Source: Chrysomallon squamiferum
Lineage: Eukaryota > Animalia > Mollusca
NCBI GenBank assembly: GCA_012295275.1
Contig: CM022673.1
Location: forward strand, 28,458,001-28,522,000
Direction: 5' to 3'
DNA: 64,000 bases
Shown here in pieces: positions 16,501-29,660 of the stretch; the stretch's first letter is position 1; each line of letters begins with the position of its first letter. Made by a program: the position numbers and the translations under genes. The notes under the pieces are model-generated. The model was not told the DNA's origin. It worked only from the letters and a program-made list of their open reading frames with translations, and ran no database searches.

Positions 16501-19500
16501 GCTTTGCCTAGACTTTTGGCTGCTGCAAAGCGGTTGCTTGAACAAGGCTTTGAGTGCCCTGGTTACAGTAACTATGGCTACCAGGCATATGAGAGTAACA
16601 TTGATTTTGAAATCAGGTGAGAGACACATTTAAAATGAGGCTTTTACTATAAATTATGTTTAATGTTTATTGTAAATACTCGAAATATATTTTGTATGCT
16701 ACAGAAACCTTGTTTCATTAGTTTCAGATTTTTTAGGCAAAACGTTTGTGTTTGTAAGATTTCAATTTTGAATTAAAATGAAATAAATGTATAGCATTTG
16801 ATATACATATATATGCAAGGAGCAGAAAATGACATTTATATTAGTTCAGAAGCTTGTTATTATTTTGTCAGCATTTGTAGTTCTTATTAGCAAATTTGAT
16901 TTTAGTAAAGTAAAAAAATGTTGTTAGATTATTTGTACATGCATGAAATAATAAAATACTATATTCAGCAGGTTCACTAATGTTCATGACTATAATTGTT
17001 TTTACAACTTTGTACAAATTGAAGATGAAGATAAATTTAAAATAGAAATATTTAACTGGTAAAGATGTTTTGGCTGGAAAATGAAATCATTTGTAACAAC
17101 TTAATTTAGTTCTAAATTGTAGATGAGAATATTAAAAGTACTCAGAATGATTTGTTTTAGTCGAACAAAAAGAAAGAAAAATCAAAACAAACAGAGTTGA
17201 ATATTTTTTTCTAATAGCTACTTAAGTTAATTTTGTTAATGTTTTAATTTTAACAAAGGTTTATGGTGGACACACAAGTAGTTGGATGTAACTGGATTGA
17301 GTTGCCAGCCAAGATGTACAGGTTAAGAAAAAGAAATGTCCCGAACTGTCCTGAGCCACAGTCTCTATGTCAGATTGAGGCAGACGTTTCCTGGGAAGCC
17401 TTTGTCTCTCACCCGACGGAAGGAGAATGGTCAGAGGTTGCCCCAGTTCGCATTCTCAGTTTTGACATCGAATGTGCTGGAAGGAAAGGTGAGAGTTGTT
17501 TGGGTGCTGTAAATCAGACGCAGGCTTCTTTTTCTATTTTTTCTTTTTTTCTGTTCCACTCACATGATCAGTCAGAGCTTGTTCCATTCTCAGAATGTTC
17601 AGAATCACTTACTGGGTGCATCAGTAAAATATAAATAATATATATATGTGTTTCTTTTTCTGTTTCAGGTATTTTTCCTGAAGCTGACAAGGACCCAGTG
17701 ATACAGATAGCAAACATGGTGCTGAGGCAGGGAGTTTCTGACCCGTTTGTGCGCAATGTGTTCACTCTGAAAACATGTGCCCCTGTGGTTGGTTCACAGG
17801 TTCTTTCATATCAGTCTGAGCAGGAACTTCTGCAGGTTAGTAATACCAGAGCAGTTTACAAAAGTATTTAGAGAGCTCCAAATCTTTAATAACTATAAAG
17901 TTTATTAAATGCCAAACAAAATAACATTAATAATAATATCAAACCTTTGTTTTATTATTATATATTTTTTTCCGTTAATAGAGTTTTCAATTAACTGTGG
18001 CATTCTGTAAAAGACAGATAACTGATTTATTTATGCAGATTTATTCATTACATTATTGGTGCAGAAAACCCCCATTATTGACCACACAAGATATTTATTT
18101 AATCTGTTTCCAGAAATGGGCCGATTTTGTCCGAGAAGTTGATCCAGATATCATCACAGGTTACAACATTCAGAACTTCGACTTCCCTTATCTTCTCAAC
18201 CGCGCCAATCACCTGAAAGTCCGACACTTTCCCTACCTGGGCAGAATTAAGGGTTCTGTGTCTGTGATAAAAGAGTCGACATTTCAGAGTCGCCAGATGG
18301 GGAAGAGAGAAAACAAAACCATCAACATCGAAGGACGTGTCCAGTTTGATTTGCTACAGGTAAGTCTGTCGTTCTTCTTGTTACTTAGCATATGTTGCTG
18401 GACAAAAGAACTTCATTTAAATATATGTCCATATTTGTGTATGTATTGATAACAATTAAATATCTGTAGAGATACTTTCATTACGTTTATTTATATATTT
18501 TGTTGGACTGAAAAAAGCAATGAAGATTGTCTGAAAAATCAAATTCTGGATTTTTGAAAGGGTTTCAGAAATAGCAGAGGTATTGATTAACAATGTAGAA
18601 CTGAATTTACAGAACTGAATTTACTTTAAATTCACTGTTTTTACTTACCTTAATTAGTGGCATCATTCTTAATACACGAGAAATAAAAAATAATGTTTTA
18701 TCTACATGGCAAATTCTGTGATAAAACACAGAGCATGCGTATCTTGGAGAAACATGTCAAACATATTCATTGTTTCAAAATAGCTCACAAACCTGAAGAA
18801 CAAATTGTGATGCACTGAAGTTCTGATACGAGAAAATTGGATTCCTGTGTAATAGAATCAGTTTTACCTTAAAGTATGCACTGGGTAATTTCCAGTTCTT
18901 GCCTGTGTTCCATAATTACTTTATCTTTTCCTGTGTATAAATTATTGCTTACTGATTTAGTGAGTATCCATTTTAATAGTGTTATGCAAGAAATACACAG
19001 TGAATGTCTAATACGGTAATAATCATTTAATATTCATTAAATTAAAATTGGATCTTGGTATATATACATATCCTCATAATTTATTTACTTTTCAGATCTT
19101 GCTGCGAGATTACAAGCTGAGGTCATACACACTGAATGCTGTGTCTTTCCACTTTCTGCAAGAACAGAAAGAAGATGTAGAACATTCAATTATAACTGAT
19201 CTGCAGGTAATCTTTATTTCTGAATTAATTTTTTATTTTATTATAAAATTTATTAGATTGAAGTATTCTAAAAGAAAAGGGTTTTGTACTGGATACTTCA
19301 TGATTATTAATTGTAATTAAACACTGTAATCATTATTAAATTATGCATACTTACAAATGTGTTTGTGTGTGTGTGTGTGTGTGTTAATGTTAGCCATACA
19401 ATGACTTTGTCAGAAACAGTATTACCAAAAGAATGAAAATTAATTGTTTGCTGTCTTGTACATGTATATAGAAAATGTATAACCAGTCATAATATTTCTG

Positions 19501-22500
19501 ATCAATTCTCTTCAGAATGGAAATAATCAGACAAGAAGACGTTTAGCAGTTTATTGCCTGAAGGACGCCATCTTGCCTCTGCGACTGTTAGAAAAACTCA
19601 TGTGTGTCATTAACTACATGGAGATGGCACGAGTGACCGGTGTCCCTTTTTCCTGTCTTCTCTCTCGTGGTCAGCAAATTAAAGTTGTATCCCAGCTGCT
19701 GAGAAAGGTAAGTAAATCAGTTTGATGCAGGTAAACCAATAAATAAATGAAATCAGTTAATAACTGAATTAATTTTAAAAATAATAATAAAATTCAAAAC
19801 ATTTATGAGAAAAAAAAAATATCTGGAACTTATTACAAATAAATACTTTTTGTTTAAATAGTGTTATTGAAATAATCTTTCACTATATGCTTCATCAGTT
19901 TTCTGTTTATTTATATTACAAATTGGAAAATATAAGATTTGTCTTGATTACTTCTAATTTTGAAGTTTCAGGTTTGATTTTGTGAATATTTCACAATGAT
20001 AATTAATTAAAAATTTGTTCTTCCAGGCTAAGGAGCAAGATTTGGTTTTGCCAACACACAAGGTAGATGCTGGCGATGAATTTGAAGGGGCAACAGTGAT
20101 TGAACCAGAAAAAGGGTCAGTACTTTATTTTCTTTTTCTCATCATTATTATTCTAATTCATTGTTATTATTATTATTAAAGCATTTCAGTCATTTTGAAT
20201 TTTGTTTATTTATTCTGCCAATATAAACATAGAATTCCACTAACTAATTCTGTGGAGAATGTCAATAAAACAAGGCTTTTTATTAATAATAATTCCTGAA
20301 AAGTGGTGAGAGTGAAACAGCTCGAGACACTTCATGGGTTAACAACTTACACATTTAGAAGATCACACTGGAAAAAAATATCTTAGATTAAGTAAGCTAA
20401 GTTAATGAAATTTATCTTTGTTTGTCTTTGGTAATAATGATTTCTTTTTCTGTTTCATTCATTAGCTATATGTAGTCTTTATCAAATTCTGAAAGTCAGT
20501 ATTTTGCAGCTTAATCCTTGATTTAATATGCAGTATTAGAAATATTAGTTTTATGTTTATTTGTTTTCAGATACTATGACATCCCAATAGCAACTCTTGA
20601 TTTCTCTTCTCTGTATCCATCCATCATGATGGCTCACAACCTGTGTTACACATCACTGCTTAACCCAACCACTATTCAGAAAGAACAGTAGGTAGACTTC
20701 AACTGACTCAGCTATGTTTGTTGAATTGTATTTTGAAGCATACAAATTGCTTTATCTTAGATTTACCCAAAACTTTGTGTTTTGATGGAATTCAGGTTTT
20801 AACAATCATTATCTTAAAAAATTAAAAAAAATAATTATCTGGTTTTGTAAAAAAAAAAATTAAACACATCTGAGAATGATGAAACAGTAACAATAAAAAA
20901 AGTTGCCTTTTTGCCATGTGAGCTAGTTACTCATTATTTTTTTATAAATTCATTAAAATATTAAATCTTGATTTTTTTATTTACTGTTAAAATGGTAAGA
21001 GGTGAGGGTGTTTCTGATTTTGTTAGTTTATTTTCTTTCTTGCAGACTGAGTCCGGAAGAGTACATTAAAACTCCTTCAGGAAACTATTTCTGTAAAGCC
21101 ACAAAACGAAAAGGTCTGCTGCCAGAAATCTTAGAACATCTGCTTAGTGCCAGGAAGAAGTATGTTAATAAACAAACAAAATTCTTGACTGTTGACAATA
21201 AATACTGGGATTCATTTACTTTCAGTAAATTGTAATTGATGGGTATTAAAAGTCAGTATAATTATTTCTAGCGGTTGGTTGCTTTTTACATACTTTTTGT
21301 TTTGTTATATTTCTTCTCCATTGTTTGTTTGTATGTGAGTCTGATAGAACAGCAGATAGGAAGAAATGTATTTTCATTCAGCATCATTGATATAAGTTGA
21401 TTGATGTTTTTTTAAAAGATCTTAGTGATTTTGAAAGATATTTGAAGTCACTGTGTGTCACTTATCATTCTGGGTGATTTTTGTAATGGATGATCAGATT
21501 CCACTGACTCACATACTTAATAAAATGTTTGAAAAGTTTTTATTTTATTGCAATAGCTGTTGTGTTGCAATTTCAGAGCCAAAGCTGATCTGAAGAAAGA
21601 AACGGATCCATTTAAGAAGCAGGTGTTGGATGGCCGACAGCTTGCGTTGAAGATCAGTGCTAATTCTGTGTACGGTTTTACAGGAGCCCAGGTTGGCAAA
21701 CTCCCCTGTCTGGAAATTTCACAGGTACACAAAATAGTGTTATAATTCTTTTTTTTATCTTGTGATGCTTTTAATAAACAATCCATTTCATATAGTCCTG
21801 AATGTGAATTGAACCAGATAAATTTTGCTTAAAATAAATTAAAGTGATAATAATAATAATAGTGCAGATTAATATTCAGACTGGGTTTTTTGTTCTTGTT
21901 TGCAGAAAATTAACAGTATGTGGCAATACTGCAATGACTTACACATATTTCTAATCTTGTTTTATGTTTGTATGTCCTAAACTACATCTTATGAATGGGA
22001 AAATAGCTTGTTGATATTCTCAGATATGGTACTTTAATGTCATGCTTTATTATTTACAAAAATTAGTTTAGTAAGAGGGTCATTGGAATTTGTATGTTTA
22101 GTCTGTCACAATATTTCTTTAAACACTTTTTAAGCTCATACATATTACAATACACATAGTGAATCATACAATATGACTGTGTGTTTTATTTAGAGTGTTA
22201 CTGCCTTTGGTCGAATGATGATCGAACAGACAAAACATTATGTGGAGGAGAGATACACAATTGAAAATGGATACAGCCACAGTGCCAAGGTTTGTAAATA
22301 CTTCCATAATAAATTCCAAACTTTTAAAGGTGTGTTATAATTACTCGAGTCTTAGTTCTGATTTAAAAAAATATAATAATAATTATATTTATTTTAGATA
22401 TTACTTATTTTTTGTTATTTAAATTTTAAGTGAAAAAATCATCTTCTTAATAATATTTCTGAATTTACAGTATTATAATAAAAAGAAAAAAGTAATGATT

Positions 22501-24380
22501 ATGAAATAATGTTTAAAAAGATTGTGCTACAAATATCTTGCTGAGTTTTAACATGTTTTGATGATGATAAAAACCTGACATTTTCCATGTATATTATTAT
22601 AAATCTGTCACTTTTGTGTAGGTTATTTACGGTGATACTGATTCAGTGATGTGTAAATTTGGAGTTGACACGGTTGCTGAAGCTATGAAATTAGGAAAAG
22701 AGGCAGCTGATTACATTTCTGAAAAATTTGACAAGCCAATCAAACTGGAGTTTGAAAAGGTGTTTTTTCTTTTGCTAACTCTAAGACAAAGACGTTATTG
22801 GTATAAATGGATTTTAGTTACATCTCATTGCATTTGTGCTAAATGATATTGTGATAAAAAAATTACTTCTTATTTTCTATTTTAACATGCAGTTCACAAC
22901 TGTGCAAATAAATCTCCAGTCTCTTGAAAAGTAAAAAAGAACAAAAAATTTCTTCCAATGTTCATCAACATATTCACTGAGTGTCAAGAAAAATGAAGCA
23001 CAGCATACGACAATGTTAATATAATATATTATTCCTTTATTTTATTTTTTTATTTTTTTTTCTGTTGTTGTTGATTTTTTTGTGTGTGTTTTTGGTTATT
23101 AGTGAATTACTGTATTCTACAGTTTGGACTAATTAGAAAAATCAGTATCCTTAACTTCAGCATAACTATTATTATTATTATCCTAGCACCAAGTGATTTT
23201 GATTTAAATCTGAACTGAAAATAGATTAATACGTACAAGAAATGAATTCAGGTTTGGGAAAAGAGCTGTAAGTTATGTTTTATAACGGACAGGTTTACTT
23301 CCCTTATTTGCTGATCAACAAAAAACGGTATGCGGGACTTCTGTGGACGAATCCTAACAAATACGACAAAATGGACTGCAAGGGAATAGAGACAGTGCGT
23401 CGCGACAACAGTCCCCTCGTCGCCAACCTCATTAACACATGTCTGCAGCTGCTGCTGATAGACAGGTATGTATCAACGTCAAAAACAATGAACGGTTTCT
23501 AAAATAAACCTCTATATTAATAAAGGAAATGTTTTGCTGGATTGGAATAGTGTTGTTACAGTTTGAAAATATGTTAGTATTTTGTATTTCATCTATTTCC
23601 AAATCTTTAAGTTTTGAATGATGGAAAAAATTAAAAGAAAAAAACCACAATAATAATAATAATAATAAATAATAATCTTTACTGGATTTCAAAATAAATT
23701 TTGACTTGATGGTAAAGTGAAACAGACATGTTAATTCTGTTAATGTTTCCCAAATTGTCACATTAGGCTCAGAATCTAGCTAATCTTTTTAACCCAAAAC
23801 CCTGTTCCATTTTCATATTCACATTTTTGCTTTCATGAAGCATGAAATATTTTAAAGTTGCCTAAAGTGATGAAAAATATTTTTATTTTTCTTACAAAAC
23901 ATCAGGTCCCTACCTGAAAAAACAGGCTCTAAGGCAACTCTGAAGTCAAAAATGGAGAATTCTTTAGCTCACCAAATATTTAATTACGTTGGCCTGCTTC
24001 TTAAGAATAGGATGTTTTGTTTTTTGTTTTGTTTTTTTGTGTGTGAGATTTTGTGGATGACTGATCTGGTGTCACAATAGCTTTGATATGTCACAGTATG
24101 AAACAGGCCTTTTCTGTTAGTGAGATCATTTTATATTTCTTACCTTTTCATTTATTTCAGAGATCCGACAGGAGCAATTGAGCATACAAAACAAATGATC
24201 TCAGACCTTCTCTGTAACAGAATTGACATCTCTCAGCTGGTCATCACTAAGGAACTCACAAAAACAGATGACAACTATGCAGGAAAACAGGCACATGTAG
24301 AGTTAGCCAACAAGTATGAAGTCTGCATTTATAATAAATGACATAATCATAGAAACCTGCATTAAATGACAAATATGAAA

Positions 24381-24429
<49 letters not shown>

Positions 24430-27113
24430 TTTTTTCAAAATTCTTCTGCTTTAAATAGCAAAGAATATAATTATATGTGTGGTGTTGCCCATATTTTTTT
24501 TTTTTTTTTTTAAATGTAAATATATATATTTTAGAATGAGAAAGAGAGATCCAGGAAGTGCTCCTCAGTTAGGAGACAGAGTCCCCTATGTGATTGTTGC
24601 AGCTCCTAAAGGCACTGCTGCATACATGAAGTCAGAGGTAAGTTGATTCATTTATGTTTTTACTTGCTTCATCATTGTTGCATGTCACAGTTACTTTTCC
24701 CTGTAAACTAATCTACTATCAGTACCAGGCAGATTACAGGCATTACTGGATTTCTTGGCCAGGATTCTTTGAAAAATTAAAACATATACTGCACTTCATG
24801 TTAGTTATAATCTATGGATTATTTTGCTCAGAAAAAAGAAAACAACAATAATATGATAGAAGAAAAAAACAAAAAACCTTTCCATGATCATTTTCTAAAG
24901 TTTTTATTATAAACACATTATCTTTTCTTACTGTGTAACTGTTTATAAATCAGACTTGGATATTCTAAATATCTGTTTTAAAATATTCCATTAATCTGTT
25001 AACATGATTTAACTGTTTGTTAATTTATTTATTTATCTGTTTATTTATTTTTAACAATTTTGACAGGATCCTATTTATGTGCTGGATAACAACATTCCAA
25101 TAGACACCCAGTATTACCTTGACAATCAGCTCACTAAACCACTACTTAGGATCTTTGAACCCATCCTGGGAGAAAAGAAGGCAGAATCAGTGTTACTTCG
25201 TAAGTATGTTGAAACTTGGTGCATGTATAAATCATACACAGCCAGAAGAAGAGAATGGGAGTTCAGAACATTTGACTGTATCATTGTAAATAAAAGGAAA
25301 ATGAAAAACAAAATTTAGAATCCAGATTTGACTATGTGATAGAAGTTCCCAAATTTTAAAAACATTTATTCCCATTTATTCTTTTTTAGAAACTCAAAAT
25401 AGTAAATTTCGAATTTTATTGAATTACACTGAAAGTTTTGCTCTCTCTCTATATATATATATATAATCTGAGAAAATATAAATAATGTGTGTTGTTGTTT
25501 TATTGCTTGTTTTTTTTTTTTTTTTTTTAATTATTATTATTATTTTATATACATAAAAATGTATTTATTAAATACAATTCATATTCTCTGACACATTTTG
25601 AATATCTATGAATATTGTTTAGTTCTCTGATTAACATACCTATTTGTTTTTTTTTGTGTTTTTTAAAGGTGGTGACCACACAAGAACAAGAACTGTGGTA
25701 ACTTCTAAAGTGGGAGGTCTTTCAGCATTCACCAAAAAGACCAGTACTTGTATTGGCTGTAAGACTCCACTAGCTGAAGATGGTTTGTAAAGTTTTGTGT
25801 TTATTTATTTGATATCTGTAAAAAAAATTGGTGAGCATTGAAAAGAAATCAAATTAACACACTGCTGGAAATGGTTGTATTTTCCCTTCAAATCAAGAAT
25901 TTTTTTTATTTTAAATAAAATAAAGGAAACCTAATTGCACATTCTATTCACAGCTAACCAGTTTTTTTGTTCTTAAGCCCAAAGTTTAATAAGAAAGTGT
26001 GCTGTCAGTGCATTATGATGACTTTTCTTAATACTGTGTAATAGATAAAGAGGCATCCCATGTAAATGTTTAACCTAAAAATAACTTTCTGGACTGACTG
26101 AGTACAAATATCCTATTAAATCTGTATAGTGAAAATATATACTAAAGATTATGTCATTATACATTCCTTAGTGATGCCAAACAGACAGAATAAAATATGA
26201 GTCCATAAAATCTTCTGAATAGTTTCATAATAGATACACAGACATCCTATGTGGATGTCAAAAACTATCATTTAGGACTTGTTTAGTCCTATTGAATCAA
26301 TCCACCATCAAAAACAACCAGATTTAATAAAATCTGAAAGTTCAAGAGATCTTCTGAACAGTTCTAATTAATACGATTGCTGTTAAATGTTTTACAGGTA
26401 CCTCAGTGTGTAAACACTGCAAGCCCCGCGAGTCGGAACTCTACCAGAAAGAAATCATGCTGCTGCAGGGTCTGGAGGAGAGGTTTTCCAAGCTCTGGAC
26501 TCAGTGTCAGAGATGTCAGGGCAGTCTTCACGAAGACGTCTTGTGCACCAGGTATTTTCTGACTTCTACTTTCCTTTACTAATAATAATAATAATGTGAA
26601 ATATTGGAGATATTTTGCAAGTCTTATTGCAACACAGTAAATAGATCATAGTTAACGAAACATCTAAATACATTGCTAAATATACATTGCTAATGATACA
26701 TTGCTAAATATACATTGCTAAAGGTAAAATGTTAATATTTTTGTTGTAAATTGAGAATAAATCATAGAAGAAACTCTTTGTTGTTTACTTTGTGGGAAAT
26801 TCAGTTATGTATGATTAGTATAAAGGAATCTGTTTTGTGTATGGGTGTTTCTGTCTGTCTGTCTGTCTATCTGTCTTTCTCCCTCTCTTTACTGATATAT
26901 AAACATGACATAAAGTTTTATATATTCTGTTTTTTATAGTTCATCAAAACTATACATAATTAACATTATATATCTGTATTTAGGTTTTAAATGTAATTAA
27001 ATTATCTTCATTTCAGTCGCGACTGTCCCATATTTTACATGAGGAAAAAGGTCCAGAAAGATCTCGCATACCAAGATAAACTGATAAAGAGATTCGGGAA
27101 TCCATCTTGGTAG
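13511..27113 (+). CDS. POLD1: DNA polymerase delta catalytic subunit, complete, 24 coding exons
   Basis: Exons: 13511-13569, 13893-14011, 14442-14558, 15230-15402, 15862-15955, 16448-16616, 17259-17488, 17669-17835, 18114-18359, 19096-19206, 19516-19707, 20027-20115, 20571-20687, 21046-21159, 21577-21724, 22194-22289, 22622-22759, 23293-23465, 24161-24313, 24535-24637, 25067-25199, 25669-25782, 26398-26551, 27017-27113. Motifs: [11 protein letters not shown] (ExoI), [11 protein letters not shown] (ExoII), YCLKDA (ExoIII), [35 protein letters not shown], plus CysA (CIGC..CKHC) and CysB (CQRC..CTSRDC). Confidence 0.99.
26665..26722. repeat. ~14-bp tandem repeat (ATACATTGCTAAAT-like) x4 in the last POLD1 intron
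   Basis: atacattgctaa recurs four times at 14-bp spacing. Confidence 0.85.
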
Positions 27114-27825
27114 TAGAAAAAAAAAGGAAAATGTTAACGTGCCATTATGTGAACAGCAGTGCTCTTAATTAGTGTTTGAACTTTTCTGCATGTACTTTTC
27201 AAGAATTATCATTTATAAAAACCAATGTTTCCAGACATTGTTCTCTGAATTAACTAATTTTATATCTAATGCACACTTTTAATACATTTTGTTGGCCAAA
27301 ATATTAGCCAACGATGGTTATTGTGTTAAAGCAAAGGACACACTAATTTCAGTAAATCCCTCCAAAACATTATCTTCACCATACTGTGCCTGTCTTCTCA
27401 GTATAACTTTCCAGTGCATGTGATTTCCATTTATTAAAAAGTATTAAAAATTATATTTGAATTGTCAACATATTTCCATATTTTATCTATCAAACAGAGA
27501 AATAATTTTAAGAAAAGTTAACTGGTTACTGTACAATAGAGCCAGATAATACAATCTAACATTCCTGCAATTATTGGTTGTATATTTTTAAATTACTTAG
27601 TTGTGACAATCTGAAGGACAGTTCAGGTTTTGTCATTTAATCATTTTATGTATATTTACAAGTGGTTTCATAGGGTATTTCAAGAAATTTTGAAACTAAA
27701 ACTTTTGAATCTTATAATTACCACATTAATTCATATCTGTAAATTAACAGCCTGGTCATGATATTGAGCAGTTTGTCTTTAGTTTGTTAACTGTTAAAAC
27801 TTGCTGCAGTGTAAAATGTGTTGAA

Positions 27826-27831
27826 AATAAA
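27826..27831 (+). promoter_or_regulatory. Candidate polyadenylation signal of POLD1
   Basis: AATAAA about 710 nt after the stop codon, followed by GT-containing sequence. Confidence 0.4.
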
Positions 27832-29660
27832 TCTAATCATATACAAACTTGTCTGAGTCAATTCATTTGTCTTAAAAAAGCTAAAAATCTATTATTTTAA
27901 ATAAAACAAATAAAGCAGAGTATTGTTAACAAAAGAAATTTTATTTCTTAAAAAAAAATGTACATATAAAATACACGCTGTAGTTGTAATTGTAGATTTG
28001 CAAGCAATCTTATCAGCAACAGTTTCACAAACTAATTTAGTGGAAAATGGTTGTCCAAATGATGATTTAAATAAAATGCCATTTCTATACAATTACACTG
28101 TGTTTTATTAATACCTGAAATGGAACTTCTAAACTATTAGTCAAAACAAATACTTAGCATTAGTAAGAAAAACAGTTTTGAGTCATGATGCACAAACTAA
28201 ATATCTTCTAGTGTTTACATTAATGATGATAATGGTATTAACATGGCAGTGATAACAATTATTTTAAGATGGATTATAATTATAAACATTTTGTGATGAT
28301 TTTATAATGTTTAAAGGTTTTTTTCTTTTTTTTTAAACTAATAAATAAAAATCGGGTTGCAGATACAACTACAAGCTAATGTGATGTTAAGTAAACAAAA
28401 TTAGTATCTGGAATGACTTGAGTTTTCACAAATGTATAGTAGTAGTAGTAATAATAATAATAATAATAATAAATGGAAAAGGAGCAGCATCAAAGAAAAA
28501 TATAGGTCTATCCAATTGGATGTAGGACTAAAAAATACTTTAATATAGTTAAACATGTTGTGGTCAGTTATAATGGAATATGTAAATTACTATTAACCAA
28601 GAAAATATATACTGGTAGAAGTAAAACAAGAAAAAAAAAAAAATAAATAAATAAATAAAATAATAATAATAAAAATAAGTTGTGTAGTGAGGTATATGGT
28701 CCTAGAAAATATTACATCAGTTATTTTAATCGAGACCAAAGTAGTTGGATATTATTTGAAAAAGATGTTTGGCACTTATTCTATAATCTGCATTTAAATT
28801 AAATTCACAGATTAACCTTAGTTTGTGTTTTCACCTTTTTACTTTTCATTTTTAATTTTTGTCTACATCGAACGAAAAAAATAAAAAATAATGCTTTTGT
28901 CAAAATATGAAATTAAACAGAATTAATTTATTAATACTTTTTTCTTCTTTATTTTTATTTATTTACATCTATAGATAAAAAAAAGAAAAAAAGGTAATCA
29001 ATAAACATATGCAATAAACAAATCTCAACTGGTATAAATTGTAATCTTGTATTCACATCACTGTAACACATGAGTATTACACTATATCATTATCTCTCTT
29101 TTCTTTAAATCAAGGCTTGAAGTGATATATAAATTAGTCATTAATCCTTAAACAGTTTTACATGTGATTTAACAACAGACACTGTCAACATGAGTATGTA
29201 TTCAGAGAAAAAAAAAATATATATATTAATGTAAGTACAAAAATAATTTACAAACAACTATAAAAATAACTGTATGTGAACAGATTTCAACCACTGAACC
29301 AGTCCTTTGTTTTAAATTTTTTTTTTTTTTTTTTTTTCTTTTAACTTCATTCTTAAGATTTTCACATGACAAGTAAAGAAACAAAATAATAATAATATTT
29401 AATAATAAATAATAAATAAATAATAAATAAAATCTCTTTTGGCACATAATCATTCGTAAACTGCTTCATGTTGTATACTAAACATGATTAATGGCAAAAA
29501 CCAAATATTCACTTGATTAGAAAATAATGAAAAAAACAAAAAAATAAAAAATGTTTGTCATGCATACCCTAATTCAAATGGTTGATTCATGTAGGATACA
29601 GAACATGACTTGTAACATGAATTGCATCACTGATTTGATTAATAAAACTGTCATCTGTCT

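Noticed and set aside
17489-24160. Box C/D-like words (TGATGA/CTGA) in POLD1 introns as candidate snoRNAs
   Set aside because: No properly spaced C and D boxes with a terminal stem could be identified by eye.
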